Shown here piece after piece: positions 9,618 to 19,875 of a DNA stretch of 64,000 nt. Each line of letters starts with the position of its first letter. Position 1 is the stretch's first letter. Origin of the DNA: an uncultured Verrucomicrobiae bacterium (lineage in GTDB: Bacteria > Verrucomicrobiota > Verrucomicrobiia > Opitutales > JABDGR01). A program made the translations under genes and the position numbers. Below the pieces are notes generated by a model. That model was not told where the DNA came from. It worked only from the letters and a program-made list of their open reading frames with translations, and made no database searches. The DNA lies in contig CAVXVB010000009.1 of NCBI GenBank assembly GCA_963765205.1, positions 1,120,001-1,184,000 of the forward strand. The letters run 5' to 3'.

Positions 9618-10387
9618 TCATGGGCTGCGGTCATAATCCGGGGAGGCCTCACCCCAGTCGTCGTCTTTTTTGTCGTCGTCATACGCGGGTGGTGGGACGG
9701 GCGGTAACGGCGTACGTTTTTCGCGGCGACTTCAATAGCATCAGCGAGATCGCACATCAAACCGATCATGGACTCCAAACGGGCCACTCTTGCGGCATTG
9801 AAAAAATCGCCCCATTCACGATGGCGGATCCAGTCGTTTTCAAGGATAAAATTGCCGATTTTGGCGGAAGGTTGATCAATATTTTCGCGCAATTTAGGCG
9901 TGAGCAAGGTATGCAAGGTTGCGACATCGTTGGCCTGTATGCGCCACTGTTGGTCGAACTCAGCGTCACCAATTTTAATTTCCTGATTACCCAGCAATTC
10001 GCCAATCTTTGTGAAGATTGTTTCCGGCGTCAGAGAGAAGGTGAATGAGTTGGCCTGCGTGGTCACCGCCAATTCCACCCACACTTGTTTCCCCTTTCCG
10101 TGGCCAGTGACATATCTGGAAAACCTCACTGTCCGTCCCCGCAGCTGCCCCTGGATGCCAAATTCCATGGATTCAGCAAACATCTGATTGTTGCATGAGC
10201 GAGCGAGCGACGGAATGCGGCAATCCGGCGTGACCGTGAACCCCAACCGTTCCGCGAGCGCGCGCAGACTTCCCTTTACGCGCGAATATTGCCATAAAGT
10301 GAGCACCCATGCCAAGACCACAATCGCCCCAATAGCCAGCCCGACCTCCCAGCTCGGCGGCTCGCCTCTCGCAGCAATGACAAACAT
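9618..10387 (-). CDS. Hypothetical membrane-anchored protein, paralog of 11824-12510; probable 1-bp deletion at 9717-9721
   Basis: Shares LRALAxRLGF..TPD.RIP...RSC and REWG.F motifs with the paralog; adding one base gives a C-terminus PPVPPPAYDDDKKDDDW ending at TGA 9618 and removes a long overlap with the KS gene. Confidence 0.6.
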
Positions 10388-10447
10388 ATAACAAACTTTC
10401 GCCGCTTTCCTGGGTCATGGCAAGCCCATCCCCGCCAAAGTTTATAA

Positions 10448-10819
10448 TCACTTCCCGGACGTGATCCACCAAGTGTTGCCAAAGGGGTCGAGCACGCCGC
10501 CGGAACGGCCGTAGGGCTGGTCGGCGAGCGGGCTGACTGGCGTCGCGCCCGCGCGCAATGCCCGCGCATAGGTTTCGTCGGCATCCGGCACATAGACAAA
10601 CAGGCCCGCCGGGCGGTGCGGGTATTGCTCGGTGGCATCCGCCAGCATGATCGTGGAGCCGCCGATATTAATCTCGGCGTGCATGATCACGCCGGGCGCG
10701 CGGGGCACGCGCAATTGCTCGACCGCGGTAATCGTTTTTTGAGTGAAGTGGATGAACTTTTCCGCGCCTTCCACGATGAGGTAGGGCATCACGGTTTGAT
10801 AGTGAGGTGGGAGGGGCAT
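10448..10819 (-). CDS. VOC family protein (PhnB-like)
   Basis: VMPYLIV, IMHAEINIGGSTIMLAD and YGRSGGVLDPFGNTWWI. Confidence 0.85.
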   Translation of the reverse strand: MPLPPHYQTVMPYLIVEGAEKFIHFTQKTITAVEQLRVPRAPGVIMHAEINIGGSTIMLADATEQYPHRPAGLFVYVPDADETYARALRAGATPVSPLADQPYGRSGGVLDPFGNTWWITSGK

Positions 10820-10942
10820 GGGAGGATGGATTGGGCCGGTTCCAACCGGCAGTATGGGCGGCAGACGATTTATGAAAGCAAGGCCGCCGATTTTATCAAG
10901 TCCCAACCCATGGGGAAGCCGTTTTGACCGAGTTTGGACTAA

Positions 10943-11824
10943 GAGCTTATCCGTAAATAAAAGTTGTTCGTCTGCAAACAATAAGCGCGCTGGCGAGACA
11001 GAGCAAGGCTTCGTGGGAGGCGGCGGTTTTCTCAAACCGCACGAGGAGTTTGCGGTAGCGGTTGAGCCAGGAAGCGGTGCGTTCCACCACCCAGCGACGG
11101 GCTTGGCCGGTGGATCGGCGCGGGGCTGGTTTGGCTCCGCGGGCAGGCACATGCGGACGGTAGCCGTATTGGCGCATGGTGCGCAGGCCCGGTTTCCCCC
11201 AGTAACCCTTGTCGGCACACAAATGGGCCGTGCGCCGGTCGTGGCGCTGGCGCAACGTGCGGCGCACCAGCGTCACGTCGTGTTCATTGGCCCCGGCGAC
11301 GATGAGCGACAGCGGGACGCCACGGGCGTCCACCAGCACGCTGCGCTTGCTCCCATTTTTTTCCCCGGTCGGTGGGGTTGGCTCCCACCGCTTCGCGCGC
11401 CAGAGGGGCCTTGACCAGGGAGCCATCGATGCTTTGCCACCGCCACGCGATGCCCTCCAATTCATCGTAGTCGGCCAGACCGGCCCGCCACAACGCCTCG
11501 AAGAATCCGGCGGCGTGCCACTGCTGAAAGTATTTGTGCACGGAACTGGCGCTGCCATACCGGGCCTTGGACAGCGCTTTCCACTGGCAACCCGTGCGCA
11601 GCACGTAAACCACCGCCTCGAAGATGCGTCGAGGCGCGAGGGCCTTGCGGCCCGCGCCTGCGGCGCGACGGTAGCGCCCGCCCGCCTTCCGGCCGGCGCG
11701 CGCGGGAACCAAAGGCTCGACTTTGGCCCAGAATTCATCAGAGATTTCCCAGGAGGATAGTCGCGGCATCCCCGCAGTTTATCCCGCCGCCTTCTCAACG
11801 CAATCCTTATTTACGGATAAGCTC
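10943..11824 (-). mobile_element. Complete IS5-family insertion sequence, 882 bp
   Basis: Perfect 18-bp TIRs GAGCTTATCCGTAAATAA (10943-10960 / 11807-11824); 3-bp TAA duplication (10940-10942, 11825-11827). Confidence 0.93.
10947..11769 (-). CDS. IS5-family transposase in two overlapping frames joined at an A-rich slippery site
   Basis: OrfA has YVLRTGCQWKAL and WQSIDG; OrfB has ADKGY and RWVVERTASWLNRYRKL; GGGGAAAAAAATGG near 11353-11366. Confidence 0.9.
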
Positions 11825-12510
11825 TAAGCCTTATCGGCGATGGCTTCGATGGCATCGGCCAGGTCGGACATCAGCGGAAGCATGCTCTCATACCGCCCTA
11901 TTCGTTTGGCGTTGGGATAGGTGATGAAGTTGCCCCATTCGCGATAACGCAGCCAGCCGAATTCAAGGCAAAATTCCGCGATATAGGCCAGCGATTCGTC
12001 TATTTCTTTGCGCAATCCGGGTTTCAACAACGTTTTCATCTTATTGGCGTCGTTTGTGAGGATGCGTAAACGTCGGTCAAGCTCCTCGTCCCCAATCTTG
12101 ATTCTGAGACCAGCACGCGATTCTGTCACATTCGCGGAAATGTTGTTCTGATGAATACAGAAGGTGAATTCGTTGGCCCGCACGGCCACCGCCATTTCCA
12201 TCCAGTAATTATTGCCCCTAGCCTTAGGCGTGGTGAATACGGAAAATCGAACCTGTTTGCCTCGCAACTGCCCGGTGATGCCTACCTCATTTGGCAAATC
12301 GCCATTATTGAAAAGTCCATCGAAAATCCGCGTTTTGCACGACCGCTTGATGCCAGGAATGCGAACATCCGGTGTGGTAGAAAAGCCCAATCGGCCTGCC
12401 AACGCGCGTAAGTTTTTCTTCGTGCGCAACTTTTGCACGAATACAATTCCAACAAACGCCATGATCAGAAGCAAAATCAAAGCCATGATTTTGTTTATGG
12501 CCATAATCAT
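11824..12510 (-). CDS. Hypothetical membrane-anchored protein, paralog of 9618-10387
   Basis: N-terminal TM; shared motifs with the downstream paralog; relatively AT-rich. Confidence 0.7.
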   Translation of the reverse strand: MIMAINKIMALILLLIMAFVGIVFVQKLRTKKNLRALAGRLGFSTTPDVRIPGIKRSCKTRIFDGLFNNGDLPNEVGITGQLRGKQVRFSVFTTPKARGNNYWMEMAVAVRANEFTFCIHQNNISANVTESRAGLRIKIGDEELDRRLRILTNDANKMKTLLKPGLRKEIDESLAYIAEFCLEFGWLRYREWGNFITYPNAKRIGRYESMLPLMSDLADAIEAIADKA

Positions 12511-12570
12511 CCAGAAGGCAAACTAATCACCATCCACATTCAGAGAATGCCATTTCGACCTATCACTGGC

Positions 12571-12957
12571 CTAACGCGCCTCCCACAAAATCAGTCCAAA
12601 TCGAATGGCCATCAGCACGAGCAAAATGACATAGGGCCAATGCCGGCTTTCGAACAATGGCCTGCGGTTGGCCGCTTTGTATATGTTGACCTGTTGCTCT
12701 TCGATAAAGGCCCGGCCCGTGTTCGTCAGGGTGGGATAAAAATTGCCTTCGTGCTCCTGCACTTCGGCCAATTTTTCCGAAATCACCAGGCCCCAGCCCT
12801 GCAAAAAATCCAGTTCCTGCCAGTGATGCCGCTGGATTAATTGCTTGGTCAGCACCCCGAGGGGCCGACGCCCGCGCACATCCGCGGGGTTGCGGTTTTG
12901 TTCCGCATCCACAGCCACCAGGATGATTAACGCAACCTCTTCGCTGGAAAGAGCCAT
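12571..12957 (-). CDS. Hypothetical protein with C-terminal TM
   Basis: 128-aa ORF, co-oriented, fills the gap after leuD. Confidence 0.55.
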   Translation of the reverse strand: MALSSEEVALIILVAVDAEQNRNPADVRGRRPLGVLTKQLIQRHHWQELDFLQGWGLVISEKLAEVQEHEGNFYPTLTNTGRAFIEEQQVNIYKAANRRPLFESRHWPYVILLVLMAIRFGLILWEAR

Positions 12958-13062
12958 AAAGTCCTCGCAGAGGATTGATATGGGTTACTCTACCCGATTG
13001 CAACCTCGTCTGCGACATGACCTCCGCCATTCCCATGACCTCGCGTCCATTCATCGTTCCCT

Positions 13063-13662
13063 TCAATGCACATAGGCGAGCGACTGGGCGACGCGGGCGA
13101 CCTGGGGCAGGCCGTCGAGCAGATCGGCGATGGCGTCCCACTTGCCGTTGACGAGGGCCATGTGCGCCGAGTCGGGCAGGCAGGCCGCGTAAGTTTTCCC
13201 CGCGCAGGTGACCAACTTGTTTTGCACGTCCACCAGGATTTCGGCGGCGGAATTTTTTTCGATCAGCGCGGCCAGGGCCAGCAAATCGGCGCGGGCCAGC
13301 TTCAGGCAGGGCATCCCGAGCGTGATCGAGTTGCCGAAGAAAATCTCCGCGAAACTTTCCGCGAGAATCGCGCGGAAGCCAAAACGATAGAGGGACTGCG
13401 GGGCGTGCTCGCGCGAGGAGCCGCAGCCGAAGTTCGAGCCGCTGAGCAGGATGCTCGCGCCCCGGAAGCGCGGGTCGTTGAGCGGGTGCGGCTTGTCCGA
13501 GCCGTCGGCGTTTTTGCGCTCGTCGTAGAAGGCGAATTCGCCGAGGCCGTCGAAGGTGACGCACTTCATGAACCGCGCCGGGATGATGCGATCCGTGTCA
13601 ATATCGGCGCCGGGCACGAACACGCCACGGCCGGTGACGGAGGTGATTTTGGAGAGGGACAT
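13063..13662 (-). CDS. leuD: 3-isopropylmalate dehydratase small subunit
   Basis: DIDTDRIIPARF, NFGCGSSREHAP and SFAEIFFGN. Confidence 0.97.
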   Translation of the reverse strand: MSLSKITSVTGRGVFVPGADIDTDRIIPARFMKCVTFDGLGEFAFYDERKNADGSDKPHPLNDPRFRGASILLSGSNFGCGSSREHAPQSLYRFGFRAILAESFAEIFFGNSITLGMPCLKLARADLLALAALIEKNSAAEILVDVQNKLVTCAGKTYAACLPDSAHMALVNGKWDAIADLLDGLPQVARVAQSLAYVH

Positions 13663-13671
13663 GGGAGGGAA

Positions 13672-13766
13672 ATTTATGATTTCAGATTTATGATTTATGA
13701 AATGATCGCCGCAAACCGAATGGCGAAATTACTTTTTTTCATAAATCTTAATTCCTAATTCTTAAA
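13672..13766. repeat. Inverted degenerate heptamer arrays (ATTTATG)n / (TCWTAAW)n between leuC and leuD
   Basis: About 4 units per arm; the right arm overlaps the leuC stop. Confidence 0.55.
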
Positions 13767-15161
13767 TACTTCTCTGGCGTCACTGATGACGCCGGTGACG
13801 GCGGCGGCGGCGACCATGGCGGGGCTCATCAAGATCGTGCGGCCGGTCGGGCTGCCTTGGCGGCCTTTGAAATTGCGGTTGCTCGAACTGGCGCACAATT
13901 GGTCGCCGACGAGTTTGTCCGGGTTCATGGCCAGGCACATCGAGCAGCCCGCGCCACGCCATTCAAAGCCGGCGGCGCGGAACGTGTCCGCCAGGCCCAT
14001 TTCCTCGGCGAGTTTGCTCACGCCCTGCGAGCCGGGCACGACGATGGCCTTGACGCCGGCCTTGACGTGGTGGCCCTTCACCAGTCGCGCGACTTCCTGC
14101 AAATCCGAGAGGCGCCCGTTGGTGCAACTGCCCAAAAACACGACGTCCACCTTGGTGCCCTTGATGGGCTGGCCGGGCGAGAGTTTCATGTGCGTGAAGG
14201 CCTCGCGCGCGGTGGCGCGGTCTTTTTCCGGCAGCGAATCCGGCTCGGGCAATTTTTCGTGGATGAACACGGCCTGGCCGGGATTGATGCCCCACGTCAC
14301 CGTCGGGCTGATATCTTCGGCGCGGATGTTGACGACTTTGTCGTAGGCGCAGCCCGCGTCGGAGGCCGTGGCACGCCAGCGGAGGACGGCCGCGTCCCAG
14401 TCCGCGCCCTTGGGGCAATAAGGCCGGCCCTTCAGGTAGGCGAACGTGGTCTCGTCGGGGTTCACATAGCCGCAGCGCGCGCCGCCTTCGATGGACATGT
14501 TGCACACCGTCATGCGTTCTTCCATGGTGAAGCGGTCGAAGACCTCGCCGCCGTATTCGTAGGCGAAGCCCAGGCCGCCGTTGACACCCAGCAGGCGGAT
14601 GATGTGCAGAATCACGTCCTTCGCGTAGACGCCGCGGCCGAGTTTTCCGCCCACATTGATGCGGCAGACCTTCATTTTGTCCAACGCCATCGTCTGCGTG
14701 GCGAGCACGTCGCGCACCTGGCTGGTGCCGATGCCGAAGGCGATCGCGCCGAACGCGCCGTGGGTGGAGGTGTGCGAGTCGCCGCACGCGATGGTCGTGC
14801 CCGGCTGGGTGATGCCCTGCTCGGGGCCGACGATGTGGATGATGCCCTGGTGGCCGCTATTGAGGTCGAAGAACGTGATGCCGCAATCGCGGCAGTTCTT
14901 GCGCAAATCCTTGATCATCGCGTCGGCCAGCGGGTCGGAAAACGGCTCGGCGCGCTCGTCGGTCGGGACAATGTGGTCCACGGTCGCGAAGGTGCGCTTG
15001 GGGTAGAGCACCTTCAGGCCGAGGTCGCGCATCATGCCAAAGGCCTGCGGGCTGGTCACCTCATGGATGAGGTGGGTGCCGATGAATAACTGCGTCTGCC
15101 CGTTCGGCAGCGTGCGAACGGCGTGCGCGTCCCAAACTTTTTCGAAAAGACTTTTGACCAT
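13755..15161 (-). CDS. leuC: 3-isopropylmalate dehydratase large subunit
   Basis: [36 protein letters not shown] and [10 protein letters not shown]. Confidence 0.98.
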   Translation of the reverse strand: MVKSLFEKVWDAHAVRTLPNGQTQLFIGTHLIHEVTSPQAFGMMRDLGLKVLYPKRTFATVDHIVPTDERAEPFSDPLADAMIKDLRKNCRDCGITFFDLNSGHQGIIHIVGPEQGITQPGTTIACGDSHTSTHGAFGAIAFGIGTSQVRDVLATQTMALDKMKVCRINVGGKLGRGVYAKDVILHIIRLLGVNGGLGFAYEYGGEVFDRFTMEERMTVCNMSIEGGARCGYVNPDETTFAYLKGRPYCPKGADWDAAVLRWRATASDAGCAYDKVVNIRAEDISPTVTWGINPGQAVFIHEKLPEPDSLPEKDRATAREAFTHMKLSPGQPIKGTKVDVVFLGSCTNGRLSDLQEVARLVKGHHVKAGVKAIVVPGSQGVSKLAEEMGLADTFRAAGFEWRGAGCSMCLAMNPDKLVGDQLCASSSNRNFKGRQGSPTGRTILMSPAMVAAAAVTGVISDAREVFKN

Positions 15162-15338
15162 GGCGATTGCGGTGGAAAAGGGTGATTGATGCCACTCAAT
15201 TTAGCCCCGCATTTCCGCCCGGTCAAGTCTTTATTCTCAATTTAGTCTCAATTGGGGCGACTCTAAATATTCACCGCAAAGGAGCAAAGAATGCGAAAAA
15301 GAACCTGGAGGTCATATTCTGCTCTTCGCATTTTACCA

Positions 15339-16433
15339 TCACTCTTTGGCCTCTTTGAACTCCTCAAGCTTCCAGCGGGGTTGGCCGCAGGCGGCGGCGA
15401 TTTCGTCGAAGGCGGCGATTTCCGCGGCGGAGAAGAGCAGACCGCCGAAGCGCGCGCATTTCGCGGCGGCCTGGGCTTCCAACTGGCCGGGGACGAGGCA
15501 GTTTTCGTTGCCGCCGGCGAGGATGTCGCGCAGCACGGCCTTGACGTTCGCCGCCTGCGAGCGGCCGCCGGCAAACGCGCCCGCGGACATCGCCTCGGGA
15601 TGGATGACCTGGAAAAAGAAACAGGGGGTGTTCTTTTCGCCGGGGCTGAAGGCGCGGCAGCGAAGCGTGGGCAGCGAGCCGCCGATGAACGCGGCGACGA
15701 TTTCGTTGATGAGCGAAAGGCCGTAGCCTTTGTGCTGGCCGAAGGGCAGCAGCGCCGCGACCTTGGCCGGGTCGGTCGTGACTTTGCCGTCCTTGTCCAC
15801 GGCGGCGTCGGGCGGGAGTTGCTTGCCTTCGCGCAACAATTGTTGCACGCGGCCCATCGCGACGACGGACGTGGCCCAGTCCACCACGATGGGAAAGCCG
15901 AGCGCCTCGGTGGTCGGGAAGCCCCATGAGTGCGGGTTGGTGCCGAGCGTCGCCCGTCGGCCGCCGAACGGGACGACTTCGGCGAGCGCGGCGGTGCAGT
16001 TGGTGTAGGCGAGGTAGCCGCGTTGGGCGGCCTCCATCACGTAGCCGCCGCCCCAGAGATAATGAAAGGCGTTGTCCACCGAGACCTGGCCGACGCCGTA
16101 TTTATCGGCGAGGGCGATGCACGTCTCAATGGCCTCGACCGCGACGGCTTGGCCAAGCTTTTTATTCGCGTTCCAAATTTCCGCGGCGGCGAAGCGGCTG
16201 GGGATTTTCTCGACCTGCGCGCCGGGGACGCAACCGCCCGCGCCGGAGCCGAAATGGTCGTCGAGGTGAAGGGCCTTGAGGCCGTTGTGCGTGCGGATGC
16301 CGTGGCGCGACGCGTTCTCGGCGACGCGGGTGGCGGCGGCGGCCTCGGCGGCGGTGTAGCCGCGCTTTTGGTAGGCGGCGGCGAGGGTGGCGTTGTGGCG
16401 CGCGGGGGGGACGACGTGGAAGGTTTCAGGCAT
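15339..16433 (-). CDS. Ldh_2 family (malate/L-lactate/ureidoglycolate dehydrogenase-like) oxidoreductase
   Basis: HGIRTHN, LGTNP, VVDWATS and HKGYGL motifs. Confidence 0.85.
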   Translation of the reverse strand: MPETFHVVPPARHNATLAAAYQKRGYTAAEAAAATRVAENASRHGIRTHNGLKALHLDDHFGSGAGGCVPGAQVEKIPSRFAAAEIWNANKKLGQAVAVEAIETCIALADKYGVGQVSVDNAFHYLWGGGYVMEAAQRGYLAYTNCTAALAEVVPFGGRRATLGTNPHSWGFPTTEALGFPIVVDWATSVVAMGRVQQLLREGKQLPPDAAVDKDGKVTTDPAKVAALLPFGQHKGYGLSLINEIVAAFIGGSLPTLRCRAFSPGEKNTPCFFFQVIHPEAMSAGAFAGGRSQAANVKAVLRDILAGGNENCLVPGQLEAQAAAKCARFGGLLFSAAEIAAFDEIAAACGQPRWKLEEFKEAKE

Positions 16434-16488
16434 GAATGGAAAATGGAAGATGTAAAATGGAAAAGAGAAAACCAAGACTGCCGATAAA

Positions 16489-17466
16489 TCAACGCGGCAG
16501 GGGGATGGGGACTTGGTTGACTTGCGCGAGGGGTTTTTTGCCGCGGAGGGCGAGGAGGAGGTTCTCGACCGCCATGCCGGCCTGGCGCTGGACGCTTTCG
16601 TAGGTGCGCGAGGCGACGTGCGGCGTGATGACGCAATTTTTCGCCTTGAGCAGCGGGTGGTCGGCGGGCGGCGGCTCGACATCCAGCACGTCCGCGCCGT
16701 AGCCACCGAGCTGGCCGCTCTCGAGCGCGGCGAGGAGCGCGGCGTTGGACACGAGTTCCCCGCGGCCGCAATTGATGAGCAGCGCGCCTTTTTTCATCAG
16801 CGTCAGGGAACGCGGGTTGATCATTTCCTGCGTCTCGGGCGTGAGGTTGGTGTGCAGCGAAACAACGTCGGAGGCCTTGAGCAAATCGTCGAGGCTCGGG
16901 GCGCGGCTGACTTCGTAGGTGGTGGCGAATTTTTCGTCCCAATAAACGTCATAGCCGAGGGGGATCATGCCGAAGGCCTGCCCGCGAATCGCCATTTCCT
17001 TGCCGATGCGCCCGAGGCCGACGATGCCGAGGGTCTTGCCGAACAGTTCGTGGCCGGTGAGGCGCTTCCACTGGCCCGCGCGAGTGTAATTGATTTCCTC
17101 GACGAAATGCTTGCTCAGGCACAGCATCAGGCCGAAGCAATGCTCGGCGACGGTGGTGTGGTTGACGCCAGGCGTGAAGGTGATGGGGATGCCGTGCGCG
17201 GTCGCGGCGGCCACGTCAATTTTGTCCACGCCGATGCCGTATTTGGCGATGATGCGCAGGCGCGGCAGGGACTTCTCGATGACGGCGCGGGTGATGGCGT
17301 CGTCACCGCAGAGGAAGGCGTCGAACGAGCCGGCCAGTTCGAGCATTCGCGATTCGGGCAACGGGCCGCGCTCGCAAACGAGTTCGAGGCCGGCGGCGGC
17401 CAGTTTATCGTGGTGCGGACCGGGGGTGTCCTGCAACGAGGTGGTGGTGACCAAAACGCGTATCAT
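16489..17466 (-). CDS. D-2-hydroxyacid (phosphoglycerate-dehydrogenase-like) dehydrogenase
   Basis: GIVGLGRIG, LINCGRG, DVLDVEP and TPHVA. Confidence 0.9.
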   Translation of the reverse strand: MIRVLVTTTSLQDTPGPHHDKLAAAGLELVCERGPLPESRMLELAGSFDAFLCGDDAITRAVIEKSLPRLRIIAKYGIGVDKIDVAAATAHGIPITFTPGVNHTTVAEHCFGLMLCLSKHFVEEINYTRAGQWKRLTGHELFGKTLGIVGLGRIGKEMAIRGQAFGMIPLGYDVYWDEKFATTYEVSRAPSLDDLLKASDVVSLHTNLTPETQEMINPRSLTLMKKGALLINCGRGELVSNAALLAALESGQLGGYGADVLDVEPPPADHPLLKAKNCVITPHVASRTYESVQRQAGMAVENLLLALRGKKPLAQVNQVPIPLPR

Positions 17467-17674
17467 GGAAGAAGGGAAAGGGTTTCACGATAGGCGGCGA
17501 AACGAACGAGGCAAGGCCAAAGCCGTGCGGCAACAGAGGCTGGCCGGTTGGCTGGTTTTGCTACCGCGGAGTTTCGATTTAGGCGCATTTTTCCCCCGAT
17601 TTTTAATTTTGCCTTTTGCGTTACAGATTCTACCTTCTACCTTTCACCTCCTACCTCCCCCTTCTCTCCCCTCC

Positions 17675-18938
17675 ATGTCCCTCCCCACTCCCGTCACCCT
17701 CTGGCTTGAACAAATCCTTCGGCTTTGGCGACCGGCTCGGCCTCGCCGGTCCCGGCCACATCGCCGCCTTGCGCAAGTATGGCCAGGGCTTTTCCGGCAT
17801 CTTTGCCCAGCAGTCCATCCGCGAGATGACGCGCACGCAGCGCAGCCCGGAGGAAGTCATCGCCGCCGCGCAGCGCAGCCTCGCCGCCGCGAACTTCACC
17901 GACCCGTGGGGCGCGGACGCCGACCACCTCAAGACCACCGAGGACATAGACAAGACGGCCGCGGCGGGTTTCACGTTTTTCACGCTCGACCCCTCGCCCT
18001 TCGTCAACAACAAAGCGGACAAACTCGGCAAGGCTGCGCTCGCCGCGGAAGTCGCCGCGCTGCTCAAGGACGGGGTGTTCCCGAAGGGTTTCGACGCGGA
18101 GTATCTGAAAGGCTCGCACGACGCCGGCAAGGACGGCGGCAAATTGAAATTCGAGCGCGAGGGCCTGCACCGCGCCGCAGTGAAATACGGCCGCGCCATC
18201 AAGCAGGTCGCTCTGCTGTCGGCCCATCTGAAAAAAACGGTGAAGCGGCCTTATGAAATCGAGGTTTCCGTGGACGAGACCGACACGCCGACCAAACCGC
18301 TCGAACACCTGTTCTGGGCGCTGGAGCTGCGCCGGCGCAAGGTGAAGCACGTCGTGTCGCTCGCGCCGCGCTTCATCGGCGATTTTGAAAAGGGGATTGA
18401 TTACAAGGGCGACCTGAAGAAGTTCGAGAAGCAGCTCCGCGTCCACGCCGCCATCGCGGAAAAATTCGGGCCGTATAAAATCTCCATCCACTCCGGCTCG
18501 GACAAGTTTTCGATTTATCCGATTATCGGCCGCGTCTGCGGCACGCGCCTGCACCTGAAGACGGCGGGCACGAATTACCTCGAGGCCCTGCGCGTCGTCG
18601 TGCGCGTGGACCCGAAGCTGTTCGGCGAGATTGCCGCGTATGACGCCGGACGCTTTGCCCAAGACAAGCAGAGCTACCATATTTCCGCGACGGACGCGGG
18701 CGTCGCCGCGCTGGCGAAAACCAAGCCCAAGGATTACGAGCGCGTTTACCTGAACGAGACGACCGGGCGCCAGTTGCTCCACGTCACTTTCGGCTCGACG
18801 CTGACGCTGGGAAAAACGGACTCCGGCCGCCTCTTCAAGGACGCGATACTGGAAATCCTGACCAAGCACGCGGACCTGCACTGCGAATTTCTGACCAAAC
18901 ACATCGGGGAGCATTTGCGTCTGTTGAATGCCGGCTAA
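17675..18938 (+). CDS. uxaE: Tagaturonate/fructuronate epimerase (UxaE family); apparent extra base near 17702
   Basis: SFGFGDRLG, QQSIREM, GADADHLK, EVSVDET, HSGSDKFS and HLKTAGT; removing one base joins MSLPTPVTL to GLNKSFGFGDR. Confidence 0.85.
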
Positions 18939-18942
18939 GAAG

Positions 18943-18977
18943 GGGCAAAGGGACAGAGGGACAAAGGCACAAAGGGA
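18943..18977. repeat. Degenerate (GGACAGAG)x4 array, reverse complement of the 19401-19500 array
   Basis: gggcaaag ggacagag ggacaaag gcacaaag. Confidence 0.75.
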
Positions 18978-19006
18978 AGAAATCCAACTTCACAGGCAAC
19001 AAAGAT

Positions 19007-19378
19007 ATGACCGCTGCCATCAAGACATTCCGCGATTTGCTCGTCTGGCAAAAAGCGATGGCTTTGGTGACGGAGGTCTATCAGGTCAGCCGTCTTTTCC
19101 CAAAAGAAGAAATCTATGGGCTGTCCGGCCAAATGCGGCCTTGCGCGGTTTCCATTCCCTCCAATCTCGCTGAAGGCTACGCCCGGCGTTCGCGCGCGGA
19201 TTATACCCGTTTTGTGCAGATTGCCACCGGCTCACTTTATGAATTGGACACCCAACTCGAAATAGCCATGAACTTGGGTTATCTTTCCAAAGTGCGTTTT
19301 GCTGAAATTCATGAACGCACCCGTGAAATTGAACGGATGCTCTCCAGTCTCCACCAAAAATTGACCCGGCCATCGTAA
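19007..19378 (+). CDS. Four helix bundle protein (23S rRNA IVS-encoded / Avd-like family)
   Basis: FRDLLVWQKAM, FPKEEIYGL, SIPSNLAEG and GSLYELDTQL. Confidence 0.92.
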   Translation: MTAAIKTFRDLLVWQKAMALVTEVYQVSRLFPKEEIYGLSGQMRPCAVSIPSNLAEGYARRSRADYTRFVQIATGSLYELDTQLEIAMNLGYLSKVRFAEIHERTREIERMLSSLHQKLTRPS

Positions 19379-19400
19379 CCTGCTAGACCGCAACGAAGTC

Positions 19401-19500
19401 CTCTGTCCCTCTGTCCCTCTGTCCCTCTGTCCCTCTGTCCCTCTGTCCCTCTGTCCCTCTGTCCCTCTGTCCCTCTGTCCCTCTGTCCCTCTGTCCCTCT
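19401..19500. repeat. Perfect tandem repeat (CTCTGTCC) x12.5
   Basis: Counted directly; ends 6 nt before the next ATG. Confidence 0.97.
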
Positions 19501-19506
19501 TCCCCC

Positions 19507-19875
19507 ATGTCCCTCCGCGAACTCGACCCCAACCGCAAACGCGACCCGCAAACGCTGGTCGAGGAGGCCGTGCTAGACTTCACCCTGGGCGACTTGCAAT
19601 CGGCCATCAGAAAAATTAAGGATGCGCTGGCGGCGGACGCGGAATTTTTCCCCGCCCACCACGCGCTCGCGGAAATATATTTCTCCTCGCGCGATTTGCC
19701 GCAGGCCCTGGCCGCCGCGCTTAAGGCGCGCGAGCTGCGCCCGGACGACATCCACATCAACACCTCGCTCTCGCGCATCTACATGGAGATGGGCGACAAG
19801 CCCCAGGCCGAGCACTTCGGCGCGCAAGCCCGGATGCTGGGCTGGAAAGAGGATTTGAAGCAGCCAAGACAATGA
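19507..19875 (+). CDS. TPR-repeat protein
   Basis: Helical TPR-like pattern (AHHALAEIY, INTSLSRIY). Confidence 0.75.
   Translation: MSLRELDPNRKRDPQTLVEEAVLDFTLGDLQSAIRKIKDALAADAEFFPAHHALAEIYFSSRDLPQALAAALKARELRPDDIHINTSLSRIYMEMGDKPQAEHFGAQARMLGWKEDLKQPRQ

Noticed and set aside
5583..12957. Integron cassette array (cassette-like genes; GTTAGGC on the minus strand near 6950 and 12570)
   Set aside because: No matching RYYYAAC inverse core or attC-like stem found, and no integrase.
15195..15260. CTCAATTTAG direct repeat upstream of leuC as an operator
   Set aside because: Only two copies plus a partial one, with no support from a known motif.
19007..19378. Diversity-generating retroelement (Avd-like gene)
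   Set aside because: No reverse transcriptase and no TR/VR repeat pair seen in the window.
19401..19500. Possible CRISPR array
   Set aside because: Contiguous 8-bp tandem units with no spacers and no cas genes.
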